DNA of 64,000 nucleotides, from the NCBI GenBank assembly GCA_041486085.1, contig JBGPKU010000009.1, positions 375 through 64,374 on the forward strand. The letters are read 5' to 3'. Under the pieces are notes generated by a model. That model did no database searches and had not been told where the DNA came from. It saw only the letters and a program-made list of their open reading frames with translations. Source of the DNA: Candidatus Limnocylindria bacterium (lineage in GTDB: Bacteria > Chloroflexota > Limnocylindria > P2-11E). Shown piece by piece: positions 43,410 to 53,178 of this stretch. Each line of letters starts with the position of its first letter. Positions within the stretch are counted from its first letter, which is position 1. Made by a program: the position numbers and the translations under genes.

Positions 43410-45160
43410 CCCTGTGGCTCGCGGTCGCAGCACCTCTCGCGGGTGCCATCCTCATCGCGGTCGCCGGCGGCGCGCTCGGCCGCCGTGGGGTCGCGGCCGT
43501 CGGAGCGGGCGCGCTCGCCGTGTCGTTCGGTGCGTCGGTCGCCCTTGCCCAGGCCTTCGCGGCGGGGAGAACGTCGCTCGTCGCCGACCTCGGACCGTGG
43601 CTGCCTTTGCGCGGATCGGCGCTGGCGCTCCGTCTCGATCCATCGACCGTGCCGCTGATCCTCGTCACGACCGCCGTCGCCGCGCTCCTGGCCCTCCATT
43701 CCATCGGCTCACTCTCGCGCACAGAGGGGACGCGCCGTTACTTCGCGGCGCTCGACCTGATCGTCTCCGCGACGCTGCTCGTGATCCTGGCGCGCGACCT
43801 GGTGCTGCTGCTCGCGGGGTGTGAGATCGCGGCCGCGTCCGCCTACCTCCTCATTACGCATCGCGCGTGGCGGCCAGGCGACGCGGATGCCGGTATCCGT
43901 AGCTTCGTCACCGGGCGCGTGGGCGACGCGGCGCTGCTGCTTGGCGCCTTCGTGCTGCTGGGCCTGTTCGGCACCGCCGACCTCGACGAGATCGGCTCGC
44001 GACTCGCCGCCATAAGGCTCACCTCGCCCGCGGACTCCACCCTTTTCGTCGCGACCGCGCTGCTCGTCAGCGGGGCGCTCGCGCGGTCCGCGCAGCTGCC
44101 GTTCCACGGATGGCTGCCCGCGACGCTCGCCGCGCCGGAGCCCGCGGCGGCGTTGCTGCACACCGTCTCGGGGATCCAGGTCGGCGTGATCGTGCTGGTG
44201 CGCTTGGCACCGCTGCTCCATCCCGGCGCGCTTGTCCTGGCGGCAGCGATCGGCGGGGCGACCGCGCTGCTTGGCGCGATCGTCTCGCTCGCGGAGAGCG
44301 ACCGCCGGCGCGCGATCGCGTGGTCGACCGCGAGCCACGCTGGGCTGATGTTCGCCGCGGTCGGCGCGGGCGCGCCCGGGGTCGCGCTCTTTCAGCTGCT
44401 GTCGCACGCGCTCGCGAAGGCGACGCTGCTCCTTGCGCCGGACGTCGCCGAGCGCGCCCCGAACGCGAGAGCCTTCGGCTTCGTGTCGGGCGTGCTCGGC
44501 CTCGGTCTGCTTCCGCCGGCCGCGACGTTCTTCAGCGCCTCCGCGCTCGCGTCGGCCTTCGCCGACCGCCCGCTGCTGCTCGGTGTCCTGCTCGCGGTCG
44601 CGCTCGTCTCCGGACTGCGCGCCGCACGCCTCATCGCGTCGACGTTCCTCGCACCGGCGACGGGTGCGCGCGTGTCGCACGCGCGCGGGTCCGGCCCGCT
44701 CGCGCTCGTGCCGGTCGTGTCTCTCGGTGTCCTTGCGGCCGGCACGCTCACGTTCGGCGGACTCGTGTTCGCGGGGGCTGTCAGCCTTGGCACGGCGGTC
44801 GCGCCAACGGCCTTGACGACCGGCCAGATCGCGGTCGCGGCAGCCTCGCTCGCAGGCGCCGCAGTCGGGCTCTGGTCCTACGGGCGCCGCCCGCGCGCGC
44901 TCACGCCAAGCCGTCCCTCGCTCGCGCTTGCTCGCATGTCGCGGGCCGATGCGCTCGTCGCCCGTGGGTTTGCCGCGCTCGCGGGTCTCCTCGCGATCGA
45001 GGGCGAGGGGATCGTGCGCAGATCCGTCGACGCGCTCGGTTGGCTCGTCCAACGGGGCGCACTGATCACGGGTCGCATCGAGAGCGGCGGGGTGCGCGCG
45101 GACCAGGCGGTCCTCTGGACGGCGGTGGTCACGCTCCTGGCGTACTGGACGCTGCGGTGA
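43406..45160 (+). CDS. nuoL: NuoL-like antiporter-type subunit (divergent, Ala-rich)
   Basis: GTGA overlap with the previous gene. Motifs LLLAGCEIAAASAYLLI, RSAQLPFHGWLPA, LLHTVS. C-terminal lateral-helix-like segment plus a final TM. Confidence 0.7.
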   Translation: MTLWLAVAAPLAGAILIAVAGGALGRRGVAAVGAGALAVSFGASVALAQAFAAGRTSLVADLGPWLPLRGSALALRLDPSTVPLILVTTAVAALLALHSIGSLSRTEGTRRYFAALDLIVSATLLVILARDLVLLLAGCEIAAASAYLLITHRAWRPGDADAGIRSFVTGRVGDAALLLGAFVLLGLFGTADLDEIGSRLAAIRLTSPADSTLFVATALLVSGALARSAQLPFHGWLPATLAAPEPAAALLHTVSGIQVGVIVLVRLAPLLHPGALVLAAAIGGATALLGAIVSLAESDRRRAIAWSTASHAGLMFAAVGAGAPGVALFQLLSHALAKATLLLAPDVAERAPNARAFGFVSGVLGLGLLPPAATFFSASALASAFADRPLLLGVLLAVALVSGLRAARLIASTFLAPATGARVSHARGSGPLALVPVVSLGVLAAGTLTFGGLVFAGAVSLGTAVAPTALTTGQIAVAAASLAGAAVGLWSYGRRPRALTPSRPSLALARMSRADALVARGFAALAGLLAIEGEGIVRRSVDALGWLVQRGALITGRIESGGVRADQAVLWTAVVTLLAYWTLR

Positions 45161-46596
45161 TCGCGACCGCGTTCATCGCCATCCCGCTGATCGCCGCGCT
45201 CGCGTGCCTGGCGCCGATCGGCGCGCGCGTGGCGCGCCCGCTTGCGGTGCTCGCGTCCGCCGCGGTTGGCGCGCTCGCGCTGTGGACGCTCGGCGCGCCG
45301 GCCTCGGAGGGGCTTCGCCTCTCGGCTGGCTGGGCGCGTGCGCTGGGCGCGGGTTACGCCGTCGAGATCGACGCGCTGTCGTCGCTGTTCATCGTCTTCG
45401 CGGCGCTGCTCTTTGTGGCGGGCGCCGTCGCGAGCCGGCGAGTGGGCGACCGGCGTGCGTACTTCGCGATCTGGTGCGCGCTGCAAATGGCGGTCGACGG
45501 AGTGTTCGTGGCGCGCGACCTCCTGCTGCTCGTGGTGTGCTGGGAGACGATGCTGATCGCGATCGTCCTCCTCCTCTGGCAGTGGGGTGGCCGCGATCGC
45601 CGGCCGGCCGGTCTGCGCCTCATCGCTCATATGCTCGTGGGCAGCGCGTTGCTGCTCCTGGCCACCGCGTCGATCGCGGTCGCGCGCGGCAGCCTCGACA
45701 TGGACGTCCTCGCTTCTCGACCGATCGGCGCGAGCGGTCAGCTTCTCCCGGCGCTGCTCTTCCTCGCGGCCTTCGCGGTCGCACTGCCGCTGTTCCCGTT
45801 CCACGGTTGGGTCGCCGACACCTACACCGCCGCCCCGATCCCCGTCGCGATCGTGCTCGGGGGTGTCGTCGGGAGCGCCGCCGTCCAAGGGATCCTGCGT
45901 GTCTGCCTCGACCTCTTCCCGCAGGGCATGCTCGCCGCGGCGCCGGTGCTCGTCGCGATCGCGGCTGTCGGGTCCCTCTACAGCGCGCTCGTCGCGACGC
46001 GGCAGGACGACCTCCGCCGTCTGGTGGCCTACGCGTCGATGTCGCAAATGAATCTCGTCGCGCTGGCGCTCTTCGCTGCGACGGCGACGAGCCTTCGCGG
46101 CGCGATCCTCGCGAGCCTCTCGCACGGGATCGTCGTCGCGGCGCTGCTCCTCATCGCCGCCGCGATCGCGCATCGCACAAGATCGTTCTCGCTGTCTCGC
46201 GCCGGGGGTCTGGCGTCATCGACTCCGGTGCTCGCCGCGTGTGCGACGCTCGCCGCCTTCAGTGCCGTCGGCCTCCCAGGAACGAGCGGCTTCGCCGCAG
46301 CGGTGATCGCCCTCGCGGGCTCCTACGAGCGCTTCCCCGCTGCGGCGGCCTTCGCCACGCTCGCGCTGATCGTCGCGCCGGTCTACGCGCTCGGCGCGAT
46401 CCGGCGCACGCTCCACGGTCCGCCACTCGCGAGCGGCCGCGACCTGGCGTGGCGCGACCGCGCGCTCATCGTGCCCCTACTCGCGCTGACCATCGCCCTC
46501 GGCGTCGTGCCGCGCCTGGTCACCGACCGACTCAGCGACGACGTCGTCCCGCGCGTCGAGCCGCGCCTCGACCCGAGCGCGGAGGGTGCGCCATGA
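45157..46596 (+). CDS. nuoM: NuoM-like antiporter-type subunit (divergent)
   Basis: GTG 45157 (GTGA overlap). Motifs VVCWETMLIAIVLLLWQWGG, LPLFPFHGWVADTY, GLPGTSGF. Confidence 0.7.
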   Translation: MIATAFIAIPLIAALACLAPIGARVARPLAVLASAAVGALALWTLGAPASEGLRLSAGWARALGAGYAVEIDALSSLFIVFAALLFVAGAVASRRVGDRRAYFAIWCALQMAVDGVFVARDLLLLVVCWETMLIAIVLLLWQWGGRDRRPAGLRLIAHMLVGSALLLLATASIAVARGSLDMDVLASRPIGASGQLLPALLFLAAFAVALPLFPFHGWVADTYTAAPIPVAIVLGGVVGSAAVQGILRVCLDLFPQGMLAAAPVLVAIAAVGSLYSALVATRQDDLRRLVAYASMSQMNLVALALFAATATSLRGAILASLSHGIVVAALLLIAAAIAHRTRSFSLSRAGGLASSTPVLAACATLAAFSAVGLPGTSGFAAAVIALAGSYERFPAAAAFATLALIVAPVYALGAIRRTLHGPPLASGRDLAWRDRALIVPLLALTIALGVVPRLVTDRLSDDVVPRVEPRLDPSAEGAP

Positions 46597-47987
46597 GCTC
46601 GACGGACGCGCTTGCCGCGCTGCCGACGCTGGTACTCGCGGCCGGCGCCGGCCTTGTGGCGATCCTGGGAGCCGCGCTGCGAGCCGAGGAGCGCGAGGTC
46701 GTCTGGCTGGGCATCGCGATCGCCGCGGCAGCGAGCGTGTCGGCCGCGGTCGCCGGCACCGGCGACGATGCCTTCGGCGGTGCGATCCGGCGCGACGGTG
46801 CCTCGTTGCTCGCCGCCGTGCTCATCGGCGCGACCACGGCCTCCGCGCTCGTGCTCGCGCTGGCCGCGGACCCGGGCGGATCGGACGCGCGGAACGAGAC
46901 GACAGCGCTTCTGCTTTTCTCGGCGGCTGGCGCGGTGCTGCTCGCGTCCGCGGCGCATCTTCTTGTTGCGTTCATCGCGCTGCAGCTGATGACGCTGCCG
47001 CTCTACGCGCTCCGCGGCATCTCGCGCGAGACGCGTGCAGCCGAGCGCGGGCTCGGCACATTCCTGCTCGGCGCGTCCGCGACCGCGGCATTCGCATACG
47101 GCATCGCGCTGGTCTACGTCGCGACGGGCTCCCTCACCATCGGAGCGCTCGCCACGGTCGGCTCGGCCATCGGCTTCGTCGGAATCGCGTTGCTCGTCGC
47201 CGGGCTCGCGGCGGCGGCCGCGCTCGTGCCGTTCCATCTCTGGGTACCGGGCGCGATCGCGCCGGCCGGACCGGCGTGCGGCGCCTTCATCGCGGTCGCG
47301 ACGCGCGTCGGCGCCGTGGTGGTGCTGGCGCGATTCGCGACCGCCATCGCCGCATCGGGGGCGCTGGCGGTGGACATGCGTGCGACGGCGGCGGTGCTCG
47401 CCGCGGGCACGCTGGTCGTCGCCAACGTCGCCGCGCTTGGGCAGACGACCCTCAAGAGACTGTTGGCGTATTCGTCCGTCGCGCAGGGTGGTGCCATCGC
47501 CGTGGCGATCGCCGCAGGCCCGGCTGCGGGTCCACCCATCGCGTTCGCACTGGTCGTCTACGCGGCGTCGATGCTCGGTGCGTTCGCGTTCGTGGCTCTC
47601 GTCGCGCGGCCGGAAGCGGATCCGCCGATCCGCGCGCTCAACGGGCTCGCCCGACGGCGGCCGCTGCTCGTCGCGGCGCTCGCCGCGATCCTCCTCGCCC
47701 TCTCCGGCCTGCCACCGACAGCGGGCTTCGTCGCAAAGGTCTACGTGCTTGAGGCGGCGGTGCAGGCGCAGCTGGCGTGGCTGGTCGCGCTCGCCGCGCT
47801 CGCCACGGTCGTTTCGGCGGCGGCGCATCTGCGCGTCCTGCTCGCCTGTTTCGAGAACGGCGCGCCAGCGATGGCACCAGGCTCACGCCTGGGTCGCGGC
47901 GCCGTCGTTGCGGCGGCGGTCGCAGTGGTGATGCTCGGGATCTTTCCCGGACCGCTGCTTGACGCCATGCAGGCAGTGCGGTTCTGA
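46593..47987 (+). CDS. nuoN: NuoN-like antiporter-type subunit (divergent)
   Basis: ATG 46593 (ATGA overlap). Motifs LQLMTLPLYAL, LVPFHLWVPG, LLAYSSVAQGG, GLPPTAGFVAK. Confidence 0.7.
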   Translation: MSSTDALAALPTLVLAAGAGLVAILGAALRAEEREVVWLGIAIAAAASVSAAVAGTGDDAFGGAIRRDGASLLAAVLIGATTASALVLALAADPGGSDARNETTALLLFSAAGAVLLASAAHLLVAFIALQLMTLPLYALRGISRETRAAERGLGTFLLGASATAAFAYGIALVYVATGSLTIGALATVGSAIGFVGIALLVAGLAAAAALVPFHLWVPGAIAPAGPACGAFIAVATRVGAVVVLARFATAIAASGALAVDMRATAAVLAAGTLVVANVAALGQTTLKRLLAYSSVAQGGAIAVAIAAGPAAGPPIAFALVVYAASMLGAFAFVALVARPEADPPIRALNGLARRRPLLVAALAAILLALSGLPPTAGFVAKVYVLEAAVQAQLAWLVALAALATVVSAAAHLRVLLACFENGAPAMAPGSRLGRGAVVAAAVAVVMLGIFPGPLLDAMQAVRF

Positions 47988-48010
47988 AGGGCGGGACCGG
48001 TACGATTGAT

Positions 48011-48038
48011 CCCCGAAAGCGGCTGCGCGCTTTCGGGG
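48011..48038 (+). terminator. 10-bp hairpin after nuoN whose 3' arm overlaps the first 4 nt of tRNA-Arg
   Basis: CCCCGAAAGC-GGCTGCGC-GCTTTCGGGG. Confidence 0.45.
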
Positions 48039-48107
48039 CTGTAGCTCAGTGGATAGAGCGCCGCCGTCCTAAGGCGGGCGTCGCCGGTTCGATTCCGGCC
48101 AGCCCCT
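48035..48107 (+). tRNA. tRNA-Arg (anticodon CCT)
   Basis: GGGGCTG/TA/GCTC-AGTGGATA-GAGC/G/CCGCC-GTCCTAA-GGCGG/GCGTC/GCCGG-TTCGATT-CCGGC/CAGCCCC/T. 73 nt. Position 32 is G, which is unusual. Confidence 0.8.
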
Positions 48108-48247
48108 CCGCACCAGTGTCGGCCGTCCTTGTGATCGTCTGCTCGGCGAACGTGAAGGCCCTTCGACCTTGGGACGCTTCGCGGAGCGATTGATGAGGCG
48201 CTCTCGGCCCGAGAGCGCAGCGCACCCATGTAACACTTATCGCTCTG

Positions 48248-48994
48248 ATGGCCACGCTCACCGCACGCCCTCCCCGGCGTTTCTCGGCGCCTCTGGTGCT
48301 GATCCTCCCGGCGATGCTCTTCGGGTTGCTCGTGTCGGTGCAGTGGCGCACGCAACAGGAGCGGAGCGAGCTCACGGTGCGCTACAACGCGCCGCTCCTC
48401 GATGCGGCGAAGTCCCTGCAGAACGAGCAGGACTCGCTGAAGGCGCAGCTCGCCGACCTGCGTGCGCAGCTCGACGTGATCCAGCGAGGGGCCGCCTCGC
48501 AGAGCACCACGAGCCGTGACCTGCAGGCCCGCATCGAGGAGCTGCGCTCGGCGGCCGGTCTCACGGAGCGGACCGGCGACGGCGTGCTCATCACGCTCGA
48601 CGACGCCAGGACCGCGGGGACGGCGGCGCAGCAGAGCAACGTCGACAAGTCGATCTGCCATTCGACGGACCTCACCGACATCGTCAACGCCGCGTGGCGA
48701 GGCGGGGCGGAGGCGATCGCGATCAACGAGGAGCGCATCGTCGGCTCCTCGAGCGTGTACTGCGTCGGCTCGACGATCATGGTGAACGGCACGCTGATGT
48801 CACCGCCGTTCTCGGTCGTGGTCATCGGCCCGCAGAATCAGCTGCTTGCGGCGTACGACGATCCGAACGAGCTGCGCGACATCAAGCAGCGTCGAGACGT
48901 GTATGGCCTCGGGTTCCGCGTCGCGCGTCAAGCGGGGTTGAAGGTACCGCCGTATGGCGGCGCGCTGAACGTCCGCTACGGCACTCCGCAGTAA
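48248..48994 (+). CDS. DUF881-family membrane-anchored protein (cell-division/envelope associated)
   Basis: N-terminal TM, coiled-coil, then GDGVLITLDD...DLTDIVNAAWRGGAEAIAINEERIV...PPFSVVVIGP, typical of DUF881. Confidence 0.7.
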   Translation: MATLTARPPRRFSAPLVLILPAMLFGLLVSVQWRTQQERSELTVRYNAPLLDAAKSLQNEQDSLKAQLADLRAQLDVIQRGAASQSTTSRDLQARIEELRSAAGLTERTGDGVLITLDDARTAGTAAQQSNVDKSICHSTDLTDIVNAAWRGGAEAIAINEERIVGSSSVYCVGSTIMVNGTLMSPPFSVVVIGPQNQLLAAYDDPNELRDIKQRRDVYGLGFRVARQAGLKVPPYGGALNVRYGTPQ

Positions 48995-49058
48995 GTGGTC
49001 ATGTTGCCAGGCGAACCTGACCGGCTTGCTGCTTCGCAGGAAGCTCCGCAGTAGTCGC

Positions 49059-49718
49059 ATGCGGACGAACGCCGGCGGCATCGCCGCGACCATCGTCGCG
49101 CTGTTCCTCGGTCTGCTCGCCGTCACGCAGATCAAAGCGCAAGACGTCTACACACGGAGCCTTCAGCTCGAGACGCCGTCGTCCCTGACGACGCTCATAG
49201 CGAACCTGGCGGAGCGGAACAACGGCCTGCGCGAGGAGATCTTCGATCTTCGCCTCCGTACGGAGAGCGCGCGGCAGGACGCCGCGAGCGGCACCGGATC
49301 GTTGACCGAGGCGCGGCGCCAGCTCACGCAGCTCGAGATCTTCGCGGCGCGCACCGCCGTGAAGGGCCAGGGCATCACCGTGCGCGTGGACGGCGCGTTC
49401 GACGACAAGGCGCTCTCCGATCTGGTGAATGAAATGCGCAACGCCGGCGCCGAAGGTGTCGCGATAAACGGCACGCGCGTCGGGCCCCGTTCCTGGTTCG
49501 GCTTCGCCGCCGACAAGTCCCTGACGGTGGACGCGATCCCGATCAAGGGTCCCTGGACGGTGAGCGCCGTGGGTGCGCCCGAGGTCATGTACGTGGCGAT
49601 GACGCGGACCGGCGGCATCATCGGTCAGTTCGAGCTGATCTACCGGAGCACGCGCTTCAGCGTGTCGAAGGAGTCCGCGCTCGAGCTACCGAGGCTGGCG
49701 AACCCACCGCGCGGCTAG
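49059..49718 (+). CDS. DUF881-family protein (second paralogue)
   Basis: ATG 49059 within ORF 49026..49718. Motifs GQGITVRVDG...LSDLVNEMRNAGAEGVAINGTRV...GPWTVSAVGAP. Confidence 0.7.
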   Translation: MRTNAGGIAATIVALFLGLLAVTQIKAQDVYTRSLQLETPSSLTTLIANLAERNNGLREEIFDLRLRTESARQDAASGTGSLTEARRQLTQLEIFAARTAVKGQGITVRVDGAFDDKALSDLVNEMRNAGAEGVAINGTRVGPRSWFGFAADKSLTVDAIPIKGPWTVSAVGAPEVMYVAMTRTGGIIGQFELIYRSTRFSVSKESALELPRLANPPRG

Positions 49719-49728
49719 ACTCGCCGCG

Positions 49729-49965
49729 ATGAGCGACGTCCGGACGGCTCGCGCGAAGGGGCCGATCGCGCTGTACCTCGACGACATCGTCGTCCTCCGC
49801 AAGCCGCATCCGTGCGGTGGCGACGCTTGGCGCATCGTGCGTCTGGGCGCGGACATCGGCCTTCGGTGCACCACCTGCGCCCACCGCGTCCTGGTCGCCC
49901 GCGCGGCCGTGGAGCGCGATATCAAGCGGTTCGTGGAGCGGGGACCGCTGGCGCCGCAGGAGTAG
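49729..49965 (+). CDS. DUF951-family small protein
   Basis: LRKPHPCGGDAWRIVRLGADIGLRCTTCAHRVLV is typical of DUF951. Confidence 0.6.
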   Translation: MSDVRTARAKGPIALYLDDIVVLRKPHPCGGDAWRIVRLGADIGLRCTTCAHRVLVARAAVERDIKRFVERGPLAPQE

Positions 49966-49973
49966 ACCGAGGC

Positions 49974-51317
49974 TTGTCCGAGGTCAAGGAGGCCGGGAAG
50001 AGCGGCCTCCTGCGCAATCGCGCGTTCATGGCGCTCTGGGGCGCGCAGGTCCTCTCGCAGACGGCCGCGAACGCCGTCACCTCGGCGCTCATCATCCTCG
50101 TCGCCGAGCTGACGCACTCGAACACGTCGTCGTCCTTTCTGATCCTCCTCGCGATCATCCCCGCGGTCCTCTTCGGCTTCGCCGGAGGCGTGATCGTCGA
50201 CCGGACCGACCGCCGGCTCATGCTCGTCGTCACGAACGCGCTGCGTGCGGCCGCGATCGTCCCGCTCATCCTCGCGGGCGCGAGCGTGACCACGGCCTAT
50301 CTGGTCAACTTCCTCGTCGCCACCGTGACGATCTTCTTCGTTCCGGCGGAAGCGGCCACGATCCCGTCGATCGTGCGCAAGAAGGATCTGCTCGTCGCGA
50401 ACTCGCTGTTCACCTTCACGTTCAACGGCGCGTTCCTCCTCGGGTTCGTGATCCTCGCGCCGATCATCGTCAGCCTGTACGGCTTCGAGACTCTCTGGAT
50501 CACGATCGCGACGATGTTCGCGGTGGCGTCGCTGCTCTGCCTCACGCTTCCGCAGGCGCCACCGGCCAGCACGCTCCTCAGCGTCGAGCTGGCCGAGCGC
50601 GCGGTCAGCGAGACGCGCCGCGGCATCGTCGAGGCGTTCACGTATCTGCGCACGACGCCCCTCGTGACGTGGGCGATGGTGTACATCGCCCTCACCAACA
50701 CGCTCATCGCGATCGCGGGGGCGCTCTCGCCCGGATTCGTTCGCGAGGTCCTCCGCCTGGGCGAGCGCAACGTGGTCGTGCTCGTGGGCCCCGCGGGCAT
50801 CGGCGTGGTGGCGGGGCTCGGTCTCCTGAACGTCGTGAGCCGTCGCATCGGCCGGCCTCACGCCATCGGCGCGGGCCTCATCGTCACGGTGGCCGCGCTC
50901 GTCTCGCTCGCCGCCGCGCGGCCGTTCGCCGACATCTTCGTCGACACGCGCCTGGCCGGGCAGCTCGGGGGTCTTGGCGGCGCGCTCCCGTTCTTCATCG
51001 GCATCGTGAGCGTCACGGCGTTCGTGTTCGGCGTCGCGTATTCGTTCATCACGGTGCCGGCGATGACCCTGCTGCAGGAAGAGCTGCCGGAGGAGCTGCG
51101 CGGCCGCGTGTTCGGCGTGCTGAACACGCTCGTGTCGATCTTCAGCTTTCTGCCGCTGATCATCGTCGGCCCGATCGCCGATCTCTGGGGCATCGCGCCG
51201 GTGTTCCTGCTCGCGGCGGTCGTCGTCTTCGGCGTGTGGCTCTGGGGCCGCTCGGTCCGAGTCCTCGCGGGGGAACGTCACCAAAGGGTCGCTCAGGAAC
51301 GAGGCCAGCTCGGGTAG
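49974..51317 (+). CDS. MFS transporter
   Basis: About 12 hydrophobic helices and VDRTDRRLML. TTG 49974 or ATG 50028 as start. Confidence 0.7.
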   Translation: MSEVKEAGKSGLLRNRAFMALWGAQVLSQTAANAVTSALIILVAELTHSNTSSSFLILLAIIPAVLFGFAGGVIVDRTDRRLMLVVTNALRAAAIVPLILAGASVTTAYLVNFLVATVTIFFVPAEAATIPSIVRKKDLLVANSLFTFTFNGAFLLGFVILAPIIVSLYGFETLWITIATMFAVASLLCLTLPQAPPASTLLSVELAERAVSETRRGIVEAFTYLRTTPLVTWAMVYIALTNTLIAIAGALSPGFVREVLRLGERNVVVLVGPAGIGVVAGLGLLNVVSRRIGRPHAIGAGLIVTVAALVSLAAARPFADIFVDTRLAGQLGGLGGALPFFIGIVSVTAFVFGVAYSFITVPAMTLLQEELPEELRGRVFGVLNTLVSIFSFLPLIIVGPIADLWGIAPVFLLAAVVVFGVWLWGRSVRVLAGERHQRVAQERGQLG

Positions 51318-51330
51318 ACTTGACCTCCGA

Positions 51331-53178
51331 GTGAGGTCCTCCCGCGCCACCCTCCTCCACTACCTGGGACAGCACAAGCTCCGACTCGTGATGGGCGTCG
51401 CCATCGTCGGCCTGAGCTCGTTCGTCGCGGTGCTGCCTCCTCTCCTGATCGGCCGCATCGTCGACACGCTGACCACCCGCGCGGATCCCGATGCCGTCCT
51501 CAGGCTTGCGCTCCTCATGGTCGCGCTCGCGGGCGCCGAGAACGTGCTCCGGGGCTTCGGCCGCTGGCGCATCCTCGACGCGTCCCGGCAGATCGAATAC
51601 CGCATGCGCAACGATCTGCTGGCGCACCTGCAGACGATGCATCTCGCGTACTTCCAGCATCAGCGCATCGGCGATCTCATGGCCCGGCTGACGAACGATC
51701 TCCAGGCGGTGCGCCAGATGGTCGGCTTCGGCACGCTGATGCTGACGAACACGCTGCTCACGCTGCTGTTCACGTTCATCTCGATGTTCAGCGTCAACAC
51801 GAAGCTGGCGCTCATCGCGGTCGCGCTCACGCCGATCTCGTCCTACGTGTTCTGGACGATCGGCCGGCGCGTGAGCCAGCGCTTCGAGCAGCTGCAGGCG
51901 CAATTCGGCGACCTGTCGGCGAAGGCGCAGGAGAATTTCTCAGGGATCCGGGTGGTCAAGGCATTCAGCCAGGAGGAGCCCGAGATCACCTCGTTCGCCG
52001 TCGTCAACCGCGACTACCTCCAGAAAGCGGTCGACCTCGCGAAGGTGAACGGCCTCGTCTGGCCGGCGATGCAGTTCCTTCTCGGCGTGGCGGTGCTCGC
52101 GATCCTCTACGTCGGCGGGCAGGATGCGATCGAGGGGCGACTCACGATCGGGCAGCTGGTCCAGTTCGTCGCGTACCTCCAGATCATCTCGTGGCCGATG
52201 ATCGCTCTCGGCGAGGTCACCAACATGATCCAGCAGGGCTGGGCGTCGCTCGGACGCCTCGAGCAGATCTACGAGGCCCGGCCCACCGTCGCCGATCCGC
52301 AGGATCCCGTGCCGAGCCAGATCGTCGGGGCGGTCGAGTTCCGCGGCGTCGCGTTCGCCTACGGACAGACCATCGTCCTGCGCGACATCTCGTTCAGCGT
52401 GCCGGCGGGTGGATCGCTCGCGATCGTCGGCCTGACCGGCGCGGGCAAGAGCTCGCTCGTGAACCTCATCCCGCGGCTCTTCGACGCGCAGCAGGGGGAG
52501 ATCCTCATCGACGGCGTCGACGTGAAGCGCTATCCGGTGCCGGCGCTGCGACGCGCCGTGGGGTACGTGCCGCAGGAGACTTTCCTCTTCTCCGTGCCGC
52601 TCCGCGAGAACGTCGGCTTCGGGCGCGAGAAGGCGCTGTCAGATGCGGAGCTCGACTGGGCCGGCGAGGTCTCCCAGCTCGGCAAGGACGTGGAGGATTT
52701 CCCGGCGCGCTACGACACGATGATCGGCGAGCGTGGCGTGACGCTGTCGGGCGGTCAAAAGCAGCGCGCCGCTATCGCCCGGGCGGTCGCGAAGGATCCC
52801 AAGATCCTGATCCTCGACGACGCGCTCTCCGCGGTGGACACCTACACCGAGGCGGAGATCCTCAAGCGCCTGCGTGGCGTCATGCGTGAGCGCACCAGCA
52901 TCGTCGTGGCGCACCGCATCTCGACCGTGAAGGACGCCGACGAGATCCTCGTCCTGGACGATGGTCGCATCGCCGAGCGCGGGACGCACCGCGAGCTCCT
53001 CGAGCTGAAGGGCCTGTACGCCGGGATGTACCGGCGCCAGCTGCTGGAGGAGGAGCTCGAGGTCGACGAAGAGCAGTCCGAGCACGAGCGCCGGGTCCGC
53101 AGCGGTGCGCAGGACGACGAGCGGCCCTTCCCGCGCCCGGCACCGCGGATCGACGATCTTTCGGACGGGGACAGCTGA
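51331..53178 (+). CDS. ABC exporter, fused permease/ATPase (heterodimer half 1)
   Basis: Six-helix TMD. Walker A GLTGAGKSS, signature LSGGQKQR, Walker B ILILDDALSAVD. Confidence 0.85.
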   Translation: MRSSRATLLHYLGQHKLRLVMGVAIVGLSSFVAVLPPLLIGRIVDTLTTRADPDAVLRLALLMVALAGAENVLRGFGRWRILDASRQIEYRMRNDLLAHLQTMHLAYFQHQRIGDLMARLTNDLQAVRQMVGFGTLMLTNTLLTLLFTFISMFSVNTKLALIAVALTPISSYVFWTIGRRVSQRFEQLQAQFGDLSAKAQENFSGIRVVKAFSQEEPEITSFAVVNRDYLQKAVDLAKVNGLVWPAMQFLLGVAVLAILYVGGQDAIEGRLTIGQLVQFVAYLQIISWPMIALGEVTNMIQQGWASLGRLEQIYEARPTVADPQDPVPSQIVGAVEFRGVAFAYGQTIVLRDISFSVPAGGSLAIVGLTGAGKSSLVNLIPRLFDAQQGEILIDGVDVKRYPVPALRRAVGYVPQETFLFSVPLRENVGFGREKALSDAELDWAGEVSQLGKDVEDFPARYDTMIGERGVTLSGGQKQRAAIARAVAKDPKILILDDALSAVDTYTEAEILKRLRGVMRERTSIVVAHRISTVKDADEILVLDDGRIAERGTHRELLELKGLYAGMYRRQLLEEELEVDEEQSEHERRVRSGAQDDERPFPRPAPRIDDLSDGDS

